In this document: positions 20,319 to 28,865 of the stretch, in pieces
Layout: each line of letters opens with the position of its first letter
Position numbering within the stretch: the stretch's first letter is position 1
Source: a virus
Taxonomy: Duplodnaviria > Caudoviricetes
Virus record (IMG/VR): IMGVR_UViG_3300028886_000028
Span: 32,001 to 96,000 of that record
Strand: one strand, 5' to 3'
DNA: 64,000 nt
The notes under the pieces: model-generated
Databases searched by the model: none
Told to the model about the DNA's origin: nothing
Seen by the model: only the letters and a program-made list of their open reading frames with translations
Made by a program: the position numbers and the translations under genes

Positions 20319-20375
20319 AAAAAAGGCAAACTTTTTAAAAAAGTAAGCCTTTAATGATAGGTTTAATAAAATATT

Positions 20376-21596
20376 TTAATTATGTACAGATTTATCTACA
20401 ATTGATTTATACAACTTAACTCTTTCTGCGCAAACTGCTTCAATGGAATATTTGTCTTTTACATAATTGTATAAATTATCTTGTAATTTTTTTAGCATAT
20501 CAGGATTTTCTGCTAATTTATTTATGTATTTTGTCCAATCTTTATGATTTTTTCTTGAATCTACCAATAAACAATTTCCATTTTCGTTTATCTTACCACC
20601 AAATTCAATCATTGGTATTGCATCTATTGTATACGCCCCAAAATTCTGTGCAATTAATGCTGTATGCGTAAATCCTGCTTCAATTGTTTTAAGCTGCGAT
20701 TTCATTTGATTAAATTCGTTTTCTTTCAATGGAGCAAGTAGTACATCTACGTTTTCATAATGAGTAGCATATTCTGTAATATTACGTGTCCACATTCTTC
20801 TATACTTTTCATTAACAAATGGGTCATCAACTCCTTTCATGAACCCCATAAGGAAATCTTTATGCTCTTGAGAAAGTCCTTTATAATTGCCTGTAATTAT
20901 TTTTTCATAGGTGAACCATACACTTTCTTCTGGTTTAATTGGACGTTGTGTTTTCTCTCCAGTATCTCTATTGTAAGTAGTGATAGTTCCGTTTGTATCG
21001 AAACCGCATAACACTATTTGAACATTGTCATTAACCCTATTAACCAAATCTCCAAGCAATTCAATGTCTTTTAAATGAGACGAGCCACAAATTATTCCTA
21101 CTCTCATTTTATCTGACTTTTTCTTCTCCTGAATGTATTGTTTTTCGTTAGGGTTAATTGCATTAGGCAAAACATATACATTTTTATTGTGCTTGCTTAA
21201 TTCCTTTGCAAAAATAGGAGTTGTTGTCGTAACATAATCTGCAAGTTTTAGGTGGCTAATTATAGGTTCGTGCCATTTTTCTTTTTTTGCAGTCAAAGAC
21301 ATTGGGTGGTCATTTCCTAATTTGTAGTGGTCATCAATATCAATAATTACTGGTATTTCCAAAAATTTAATCATTTTCATAATTTCACAGTTCCTGTCTA
21401 ACTGTTTATGAATATGAATTAAATCGTATTTTTTCAAATAAGTGTCTAAATTTTCTTTTGGCAAATTGTAAACAATATCAATATCGAATTCATCTTTATA
21501 ATGTTCCGCAATATAAACATGAGGGTCTACAGAACGGAACTTGCCCACTCCAGTCCTATCGGACGGTATCACTAACATTTTAATTTTTTTATCCAT
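20376..21596 (-). CDS. GT-B fold glycosyltransferase (GT4-like)
   Basis: DIDD, ADYVTTTT, VLPNAI, GSSHLKD, DVLLAPL..FNQMKSQLKTIEAG. Start reassigned to MDKKIK. Confidence 0.8.
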   Translation of the reverse strand: MDKKIKMLVIPSDRTGVGKFRSVDPHVYIAEHYKDEFDIDIVYNLPKENLDTYLKKYDLIHIHKQLDRNCEIMKMIKFLEIPVIIDIDDHYKLGNDHPMSLTAKKEKWHEPIISHLKLADYVTTTTPIFAKELSKHNKNVYVLPNAINPNEKQYIQEKKKSDKMRVGIICGSSHLKDIELLGDLVNRVNDNVQIVLCGFDTNGTITTYNRDTGEKTQRPIKPEESVWFTYEKIITGNYKGLSQEHKDFLMGFMKGVDDPFVNEKYRRMWTRNITEYATHYENVDVLLAPLKENEFNQMKSQLKTIEAGFTHTALIAQNFGAYTIDAIPMIEFGGKINENGNCLLVDSRKNHKDWTKYINKLAENPDMLKKLQDNLYNYVKDKYSIEAVCAERVKLYKSIVDKSVHN

Positions 21597-21658
21597 GCTT
21601 ATCGTTTTTATAAAAAATATTATTTTTATTTGCATAATCAAGTTTTATTGATATATAA

Positions 21659-21684
21659 AAAGGTGAATCTTAAGATTCACCTTT
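21659..21684. terminator. Perfect palindrome / terminator
   Basis: aaaggtgaatcttaagattcaccttt, overlapping the stop of 21670..22398. Confidence 0.65.
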
Positions 21685-22398
21685 AATATTTTTTTTAAAT
21701 TCTAATTTCCCTTCATACAAATTACCAGATTTTGTTACAATTGCTATTTTTTTATCTGTAATTTGTATTGCATTAATTTCATCTAAATTAGGTATTGATT
21801 TATTTTCGTTTAGCATTTTTTTACCTAGTGCGTTTACATATTTTTTAACAGATGACTCAACTATTGCCTTAATCATTTCATAATCTATTTTTGAAGTAGT
21901 TTGATTTTGTTGAGGTATATAATTTTCTTGTTGGGCTTGTAAATTATTATCAGTTATACCTATTTTGTCAAGAATAGATGTATTAGGATTAAACGCACTT
22001 TGGTCTATATAATTGTTACTAAATGATTCTAGTATTTCTTTTGGTAAACTTTTATTGATTTGAGCGTGAGATTGCATTGGTTGAGAAGGCTGAGATTTTC
22101 TGCTTTCTGCATATTGTTTCATCCTATTGTCAATATCATTATATAATTTTTCTTCGCTAGTATCATTAGAGTAATTTTCATTTATTTTATTTATAGACGT
22201 TCCATTTGAGCCATATGAAGGAGCAATATTTTCGAAACCTGTCATAACAGGAGCACTTGAACTCTTTAAACTTCTGTAAGTTCTTTCCCTGTCTTCTTGG
22301 CGTTCTTTTATTATTTTGCTATCAATTTTTGCATCATCATGAATCATTTTTCGTGCTTTATCTTTAATAGCATCAAATTTACTAATATCCATTGCCAT
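21670..22398 (-). CDS. Hypothetical protein
   Basis: 242-aa ORF coupled to the upstream gene; SLPKEILESF motif. Confidence 0.65.
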   Translation of the reverse strand: MAMDISKFDAIKDKARKMIHDDAKIDSKIIKERQEDRERTYRSLKSSSAPVMTGFENIAPSYGSNGTSINKINENYSNDTSEEKLYNDIDNRMKQYAESRKSQPSQPMQSHAQINKSLPKEILESFSNNYIDQSAFNPNTSILDKIGITDNNLQAQQENYIPQQNQTTSKIDYEMIKAIVESSVKKYVNALGKKMLNENKSIPNLDEINAIQITDKKIAIVTKSGNLYEGKLEFKKNIKGES

Positions 22399-23141
22399 TA
22401 TTTTTCATCATTTTTTTTATCATTATTTTTAGTGTTAATCGGCCCCTGCTTATTTTGTTGCGGGGCTTTTACGCTATTTTGTAACATTAAATTTTTTTGT
22501 TGCTCTTTTTCTGCTTCTGCTTTTGACCAAATATCATCATCAAACCTATTAAAATCGTTTTCAGTATCTTTTATGTTTTTAGCATATTGAGCATATTTTT
22601 TACTATTTGGCTGAGAAGTGAATACGTTCTTTTTCCATTGCTGATTTGCGTATGGAATTGGCCCTTGATTGTTTTTAGAAGATATTTTAGGCACATTTCT
22701 AACAAACTCTCTTTGTGCTTTGACAAAGGATAAAGTGTCATCTAAATCATTGTTAAATTTAACTTGGGAATATACTACACTCATAGAGCCATCACCCTCT
22801 TCATTGTATTCAGGTGTGTCATATCCTTGCATTGGTGGCGGTATATTAAATGTTTTATTACTTGGTTGCCAATAATTAATGCCAGACAGTAAAAACATTT
22901 TCCATCCTGGTTGCCCTCTTAATGAATCTCCAGATACTTGAAACGCTCTTAATGCTTCATTTCCCGCTTTTGTAAGCCCATAATCATAAGGTTGAATCAA
23001 ACGTTTTCCTGGCGCGCTATTGTTTTCATCAGAATATTCTATTGTGACATATCTGCGTTTATTAATAACATCAACCACTTCGTTTGACCCAACCGACTCA
23101 TTTAAAACCTTTTGTAAAATTTCACATAGATTTAATGACAT
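22398..23141 (-). CDS. Stand-alone WYL-domain protein
   Basis: VTIEY..GKRLIQPY..LRAFQ..GWKMFLLSGI matches the WYL pattern; no HTH domain. Confidence 0.7.
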   Translation of the reverse strand: MSLNLCEILQKVLNESVGSNEVVDVINKRRYVTIEYSDENNSAPGKRLIQPYDYGLTKAGNEALRAFQVSGDSLRGQPGWKMFLLSGINYWQPSNKTFNIPPPMQGYDTPEYNEEGDGSMSVVYSQVKFNNDLDDTLSFVKAQREFVRNVPKISSKNNQGPIPYANQQWKKNVFTSQPNSKKYAQYAKNIKDTENDFNRFDDDIWSKAEAEKEQQKNLMLQNSVKAPQQNKQGPINTKNNDKKNDEK

Positions 23142-23151
23142 GGTAAATTAA

Positions 23152-23562
23152 TTATAAATGTTTAATTGTTTGACCTATGTAGTACTGACCTTGTGCTATA
23201 TTTTCAGCAGTGTTAATTAAATCTGCCCCATACTGATTTTCATAGTTATACTTTGAACTGCGTATAGATTTTTCACGGCCGCCAACATCGTTCCTACCAT
23301 TAATATCATATGAGCCTCCGCCGTTGAACGTGTCAAAATTACTATAATCAATCATGTTTGTTGGCTTAGTACAATCTGGTTGCCAAGCATTATGGCCACC
23401 ATGACCAGTACCTTTACCCTGAGGGTCTCCATCGCTCAATGCATCTTTGTGAGTTGGGCCATAAGGTCTTAACTCGTTATAGTCACTTTTATTAATTTCA
23501 TTACTTCTTTCATCAATGCCTCTTTTTTCGAGACAAGATTGACCATTTTCAAATGTTGCCAT
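23152..23562 (-). CDS. Hypothetical Gly/Asp/Asn-rich protein (probably virion-associated)
   Basis: Preceded by the late-type motif at 23596-23603. Confidence 0.6.
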   Translation of the reverse strand: MATFENGQSCLEKRGIDERSNEINKSDYNELRPYGPTHKDALSDGDPQGKGTGHGGHNAWQPDCTKPTNMIDYSNFDTFNGGGSYDINGRNDVGGREKSIRSSKYNYENQYGADLINTAENIAQGQYYIGQTIKHL

Positions 23563-23618
23563 ATCTGTTTAAATTTTAAATATTTTATTTTATATATAAA
23601 TAGTTATTTACTATGTTT

Positions 23619-25697
23619 TTAATATGTTATAATATATGGAGTTTTCATCAATGATTTACCAGAAACTGATTGCCCATTAACCTTTCCATACTCTAACACA
23701 ATGTCAAATACTTCAATTTTCGCTCCATATGCGTTTACGCAAACTTCTTTTTCATCTTTTAGAGAATAACAATTACGATAAACTGTTTCTTTCCAATTTA
23801 TATCTTTTGGGTCTACCCAACATTTTAATTTTATCTCTGAATGCCCTTCTTTACCAAAACTGTTTCCACAATATGCTTCGCCTCGTCCTTCTTCCCAGGA
23901 AAAACAATTTCCTAAATCGTTATATGTATTTTTAAGATAATTAAAATAGTTTTTGCTTCCGAAATAGTTAAAATTAGGCGAATTAAAATTAGGTATGGTA
24001 ATATTTCTTTCTATGTAAACTAATCCTCTTTCATTAACAATCATATCAGACTCCATACCGTTATAGTCAAAATTTTCAATGAATTTTTCTTTTAATATTT
24101 CGTCAAATTTTCTATACCCATCATAAGTTAAAAAATCTTCTATACAGTCTATATCATATAAAATGTTTGTTTTGTTTTTGATATATTTTTCTATTATAGT
24201 GCATTCGTCATAATCATTAAATTCTTTTTTATATTCTTCATAACCTTCAAAGAATTCAAAAAAATCTTCATTAAACATTTCTTCTTTATAGCCATTAATA
24301 AATGATTCGCACACTAGAGATATAAAAGCATCTACATATTCATATTCATCTATATCATCTTGCATAGGTTCTATTTCTTCTTTTGCACGGTTTATAGCAC
24401 TTCCAATATTATATTCGTTCCATTCACTTTTAGGCAAAATTCCAGGTGTTCCAATATATTCAATGAAATCAACATAATTTTCCCAATTGTTTTTTTCATA
24501 ATATGCATTTCCATCGTTATCAAAATTGAAAACTAATTGGTCATGATATTCTTTTAAGCAAAGTAGTTGGCTTTCATTAACTATTATTTTTTTACTTCTT
24601 TTTATTGATTCAGAAATTGATGAAAGTGTTTTACTTCCGCCAACTATAAATATAGAAGATAAATCACCTCTTGGGTGAGCAACATCTAGTGCTTTATTGA
24701 TTATAACAATTGTTTCTTCAGGAGTCATGCCTTCTTTATATTCACATATAACCTTTTCTAATGTCGGTAAACCATCATCTGACCACGCATCACTTCCATC
24801 AGGCATACACATCCAATCATAAAAGCCAAGATAATCCATAAAATCATAGCAATTGTCTTTATTTGGCGTTCCAAATTTTTTTATTGGTTCATTAAAAAAG
24901 TTAGGATACATTTCAATAGCTTCTTCTAACTCATCTATTGGGAATACCGCAAGTTCAATATGACCAGCTAACTCACTATTAGCCCTTAATTTTGCCGTAT
25001 TATTTAAAATAATACCAATCCATTGATAAACATATTTTGTTGGAAAATGGATAAATTTACCAAATTTTACAAATTCAGACAATGCTTTTTTATACATATC
25101 AGGCTGTATAAGCGGAGTCCAATCCTGTTTTCCATTTGCATCATGAATAAAATCGCATAAAACATTCCATGTGTTGTTTTCCTCAAATGCATCATAATAT
25201 GGTAGCCAATCATTAGATTCTGTTAGCCTAATAGACGCATTGCCCATTTTAATGTCTTTATTTGTGTCTTTTGGCTTTGCTGGATTTTTTTCTAATTTTG
25301 GAACCTGTGGCACACATTTTACTTTTTTGACAGCAGTCCTCATTTTTCTAAGAGTATCATGCGCCCAATTTTTCATGTCATTACCACCAGGTAAAATATA
25401 TCCTAAATTTTTAGCATTAACATCGTCATCGTTAATACTCATATTTTTATATTCATGGTCTATTTTTTTTATATCAGAAAAAGACAATGTTTTATCTCCG
25501 TTGTGTATTTTATCTTTTTTATTAGACCTTTTGTTATAATCATCGTTAACAATAGAACTAGCTCGCTTAAATCCTTTTGATTGTTTATATTTGCCAAAAA
25601 GATTTAAGTTATTTTTTATTTTATTAACAAGTTTATCAGGAACCTTTACTTGCCTTTTGCCAAGTACTTTCCCTTCATCTTCTATTATTAGTGGCAT
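23619..25697 (-). CDS. Multi-domain protein with a C-terminal ADP-ribosyltransferase-like (R-S-ExE) region
   Basis: YIERNI..LGNCFSW..DEKEV; domains separated by IRLTES and KKIIVNESQL..LKE linkers. Confidence 0.45.
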   Translation of the reverse strand: MPLIIEDEGKVLGKRQVKVPDKLVNKIKNNLNLFGKYKQSKGFKRASSIVNDDYNKRSNKKDKIHNGDKTLSFSDIKKIDHEYKNMSINDDDVNAKNLGYILPGGNDMKNWAHDTLRKMRTAVKKVKCVPQVPKLEKNPAKPKDTNKDIKMGNASIRLTESNDWLPYYDAFEENNTWNVLCDFIHDANGKQDWTPLIQPDMYKKALSEFVKFGKFIHFPTKYVYQWIGIILNNTAKLRANSELAGHIELAVFPIDELEEAIEMYPNFFNEPIKKFGTPNKDNCYDFMDYLGFYDWMCMPDGSDAWSDDGLPTLEKVICEYKEGMTPEETIVIINKALDVAHPRGDLSSIFIVGGSKTLSSISESIKRSKKIIVNESQLLCLKEYHDQLVFNFDNDGNAYYEKNNWENYVDFIEYIGTPGILPKSEWNEYNIGSAINRAKEEIEPMQDDIDEYEYVDAFISLVCESFINGYKEEMFNEDFFEFFEGYEEYKKEFNDYDECTIIEKYIKNKTNILYDIDCIEDFLTYDGYRKFDEILKEKFIENFDYNGMESDMIVNERGLVYIERNITIPNFNSPNFNYFGSKNYFNYLKNTYNDLGNCFSWEEGRGEAYCGNSFGKEGHSEIKLKCWVDPKDINWKETVYRNCYSLKDEKEVCVNAYGAKIEVFDIVLEYGKVNGQSVSGKSLMKTPYIITY

Positions 25698-25708
25698 ATT
25701 TTATTTAT

Positions 25709-25981
25709 TTAACGAACAATTCCACCACCCCATCCTGCACCGGTACTTGACCAAGTATTATCAGTTGTAAGGCGGCTAGAAATTTTATCAGCAGTAGGCA
25801 TTTTTCCATATTTTGGATTGCCTTCATCATCATGTATGGTTGCACTAATACCATTTTCAGTAGTATCACCATATTCTTTAACATCGCCATCCTCAAAATC
25901 AGGCGCTTCACTAGTATCTTCTATCAATTTAGTGAATAACCTCATTTGGCATTCAGTTAACTTTATTTTTTTCATTATCAC
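25709..25981 (-). CDS. Small acidic protein with a KKIKLTE leader
   Basis: 90 aa; leader motif shared with other late genes. Confidence 0.65.
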   Translation of the reverse strand: MIMKKIKLTECQMRLFTKLIEDTSEAPDFEDGDVKEYGDTTENGISATIHDDEGNPKYGKMPTADKISSRLTTDNTWSSTGAGWGGGIVR

Positions 25982-25995
25982 ATCTTTTATTATTT

Positions 25996-26007
25996 ATAAA
26001 TATTTAT
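25996..26007. promoter_or_regulatory. Palindromic late-promoter candidate serving divergent genes
   Basis: ATAAATATTTAT between 25981(-) and 26033(+). Confidence 0.55.
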
Positions 26008-26032
26008 TGATGATAAATAATATAAATTGTGA

Positions 26033-28033
26033 ATGGCTAATTTAAAAGACAATAATTATCATAATTTAAAAATTAGGGTAAATAAGGACGAATATTGGGA
26101 CTTTTTCATAAATAAAGACTATTATGGCCCTTTTAAATCAAATAGTAATAGCATGTATGATGAATGTTTAATATCATACATTGATGCTTCATTGTCTGAA
26201 TGCGTTAGCGGAGATACTTGGATTTATAGCACTAATAAATATAAATGGGAAAGTGCTTATACAACAAATAGTATATTAAATAATATAGGATATACTGGCG
26301 TTGATAATGGACTTGTTTCTTACAGAAAAGATAGAATAAGCAATAAAGATTTTTTTAATATATTTACAACCTCTAAATATGAAATTGATGGCGATGATAT
26401 TAGGCTTAAGTTACACGCTGTTAGTGGCAATACTTTACTTTACGAGTATCCACTGCATGCTGAAAATGGAGTAATAAAATTAAATGGTGGTTTTTATCAA
26501 GGATTTTTTAAAACAAAATGCGATGAATATTATATACTTCCATCTAAAATGGATGATAATGACACATGGGAATTTGAGTTTGTTTTAAATAAGTGCGAAC
26601 TCGAAAAAGAATCAAATAAAACATTAAATGATAAGTACCCAAATAATAAAGGAATATTTTTTTATTTAGGAACGAGAGCTGAAAATAAATGGATATATTT
26701 ATATGATAAAGAAGATATTGAAGGAAGGGAATCTTGTTTTACTTTATCATATGACGAATACATTGAAGATGCAAAAGTAAATAAAGAAGATTACATAATA
26801 GGTAATTTTTATGATTTGGACCCTGAATTTACAGAAACACCTCCACTAGATATTGATGATTATTTAAATTTTCAATATTATGATGAATCATACTATACGC
26901 CAAACGAGGAAGAACTGTTTTCTGACAATATAGAATGTGATGGACATAGTATATTAGATGATTATTTGGACTATGAAATAACGCCAAGGACTATAGACGA
27001 AAATCTACCTCATATAACTTTAGATAGTTGGTGCTGTGATATTGAAAAAAAGAAAAAAAAGGTAAAGCAAGTGTCATTTTTTAATGCATGCGGATGCGTA
27101 AAACAAGCATACGTAAAAGTTGATGTTGAAGATGATTCAAAATTATCTGGATGCGATTTATTTGGAGAAGGTGACTATATTGATGATTTTGATGGACTAG
27201 ATTATGATACCGATTATTGGGAACCTGAATTAAATATAACAGATTTTGAGTATGAGACAAACAATGGCTTCTTACTTACATCGGCTAATGATTACTATTT
27301 CTACACAGATAATAAATTTTTATTGTTCGACAGAACTTCTAAAGGATATACAATAAAAGATTGGGTAGAAGGTACACAAATGATGTATTTCGGCAAAAAA
27401 AATAAATTTAAAGATAATTTATTCATATTAATGAATAGAACGTCAACCGGCTATACAGTAAAAGACATTGACCAATTAAAAGATAAAGCAAACAATAAAT
27501 ATGATGATTTATATAATGACATATATAACAATGCATTTGCTTTGAGGATTAAAGATGATGGTTCAATAGGATATAGGTATTTGGTGTTTGATTGCGACGC
27601 TAGCAATAAAGGAAAATATACAGTAGAAGAAGGATATTCTTTCCCTAACGTCATAAAAGATTGCGAGTGGCATACTGTACACATCAAGATAAAATCGTTC
27701 TTCAGCTGCCTTAAAATATACTTCTACGTTGATGGAAAATTGGTGTATATAACAAAAGGCTTACCGAAATTTAATTTTCACGAATTAAATGACCTTTATG
27801 AAAAGCAAGAAGGAGTTCCATTCAATATTTCAATTGGCGGAGGAACACAAGGTTTGGCAGAAACTGTTTTAACTAATTACATGCTAGAGCCAACAAGAGT
27901 GTATCCATTAGAAGAAAACTTTGCTGGAACATTTATAGGGTATATGAAGTCATTTAAATTCTATAATTGTGGAATGGAATATATGAGAATATTGAATAAT
28001 TTTAAATATGAAAAAAATATGTTTAAAGTATGA
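26033..28033 (+). CDS. Structural protein with a LamG/ConA-like beta-sandwich
   Basis: WHTVHI..FYVDGKLV..ISIGGG..FIGYMKSFKFY; acidic, Cys-containing inserts. Confidence 0.55.
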   Translation: MANLKDNNYHNLKIRVNKDEYWDFFINKDYYGPFKSNSNSMYDECLISYIDASLSECVSGDTWIYSTNKYKWESAYTTNSILNNIGYTGVDNGLVSYRKDRISNKDFFNIFTTSKYEIDGDDIRLKLHAVSGNTLLYEYPLHAENGVIKLNGGFYQGFFKTKCDEYYILPSKMDDNDTWEFEFVLNKCELEKESNKTLNDKYPNNKGIFFYLGTRAENKWIYLYDKEDIEGRESCFTLSYDEYIEDAKVNKEDYIIGNFYDLDPEFTETPPLDIDDYLNFQYYDESYYTPNEEELFSDNIECDGHSILDDYLDYEITPRTIDENLPHITLDSWCCDIEKKKKKVKQVSFFNACGCVKQAYVKVDVEDDSKLSGCDLFGEGDYIDDFDGLDYDTDYWEPELNITDFEYETNNGFLLTSANDYYFYTDNKFLLFDRTSKGYTIKDWVEGTQMMYFGKKNKFKDNLFILMNRTSTGYTVKDIDQLKDKANNKYDDLYNDIYNNAFALRIKDDGSIGYRYLVFDCDASNKGKYTVEEGYSFPNVIKDCEWHTVHIKIKSFFSCLKIYFYVDGKLVYITKGLPKFNFHELNDLYEKQEGVPFNISIGGGTQGLAETVLTNYMLEPTRVYPLEENFAGTFIGYMKSFKFYNCGMEYMRILNNFKYEKNMFKV

Positions 28034-28407
28034 AAAAATTGATAAGATTAACAGAATCAGATTTACACAAAATAATAAAAGAATCAGTAAATAGAATTTT
28101 AAAAGAAGAAGAATACCGCATTCCAACAGGCGGTATGGATGTATACGCCTATGATTATGATAAGGCGCTTGAAAAAGCAAATTCGTTGGAAGATTGGGAT
28201 AGCATGATGGTAAATAGAAAAAAACGCAGCGATGTTAGTTATAATAATGGAATTTTAAATCATCCACAGCGTAATCAGCCATATGGCGGTTTGGGGGCAT
28301 CGCAATATGTTAATCCAGAACTTTATTGCAGGAATGATGATAATATACTAGACAGTCTTGAATCAGACGCTGAATACAGAAAAAAACAGCACGGCTTTCC
28401 ATTTTAA
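28030..28407 (+). CDS. Small protein with an MKKLIRLTESDLHKIIKESV leader
   Basis: Leader shared with the 45203 and 58888 genes. Confidence 0.7.
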   Translation: MKKLIRLTESDLHKIIKESVNRILKEEEYRIPTGGMDVYAYDYDKALEKANSLEDWDSMMVNRKKRSDVSYNNGILNHPQRNQPYGGLGASQYVNPELYCRNDDNILDSLESDAEYRKKQHGFPF

Positions 28408-28415
28408 AATAAATG

Positions 28416-28443
28416 AAGGGGTGATTATTAGTCACTCCTTTTT
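28416..28443. terminator. Terminator between convergent genes
   Basis: aaggggtgat-tatt-agtcactccttttt. Confidence 0.65.
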
Positions 28444-28765
28444 AATATTCTATGTAGTTGTCAATGAAAAAATCATCTATTATTCCCATTTTTAAAGCAG
28501 CTCTATATGCAGTTTGATTTTTTTTGAAAAATTCTGTTTTTGTTTTATATTTTATTGCTTCTTCTTCAATATGCTTATAATTCCAATAGTTTTTTTTATG
28601 CTGTTTTTGCTTAACCAACCAGGTCATTTCATCTACATACCCATATTTATAGGCAGCCAGAAAAGCACTCAAATTGTGTTTTTTAAATTCTTCTTTGGTT
28701 GAGTATTTTTTAGCTTCTTCCATCATGTTTTCCCTATTTTTCCAATATCCTTTAATATGTTTCAT
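28442..28765 (-). CDS. Two-repeat helical protein resembling homing-endonuclease-associated repeats, without a nuclease domain
   Basis: Two copies of YW..E..EEAxKYxTKxEFxKxNxxAxxAAxKxGxxD. Confidence 0.5.
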   Translation of the reverse strand: MKHIKGYWKNRENMMEEAKKYSTKEEFKKHNLSAFLAAYKYGYVDEMTWLVKQKQHKKNYWNYKHIEEEAIKYKTKTEFFKKNQTAYRAALKMGIIDDFFIDNYIEY

Positions 28766-28865
28766 TTTTTTGTAAGGTTTATATTAATAAATAGTTTATA
28801 AATATAAACAAAGGGAAAACTTTCAATATTTATAATAAATTAATAAATAAAATAAAAATAATAAC

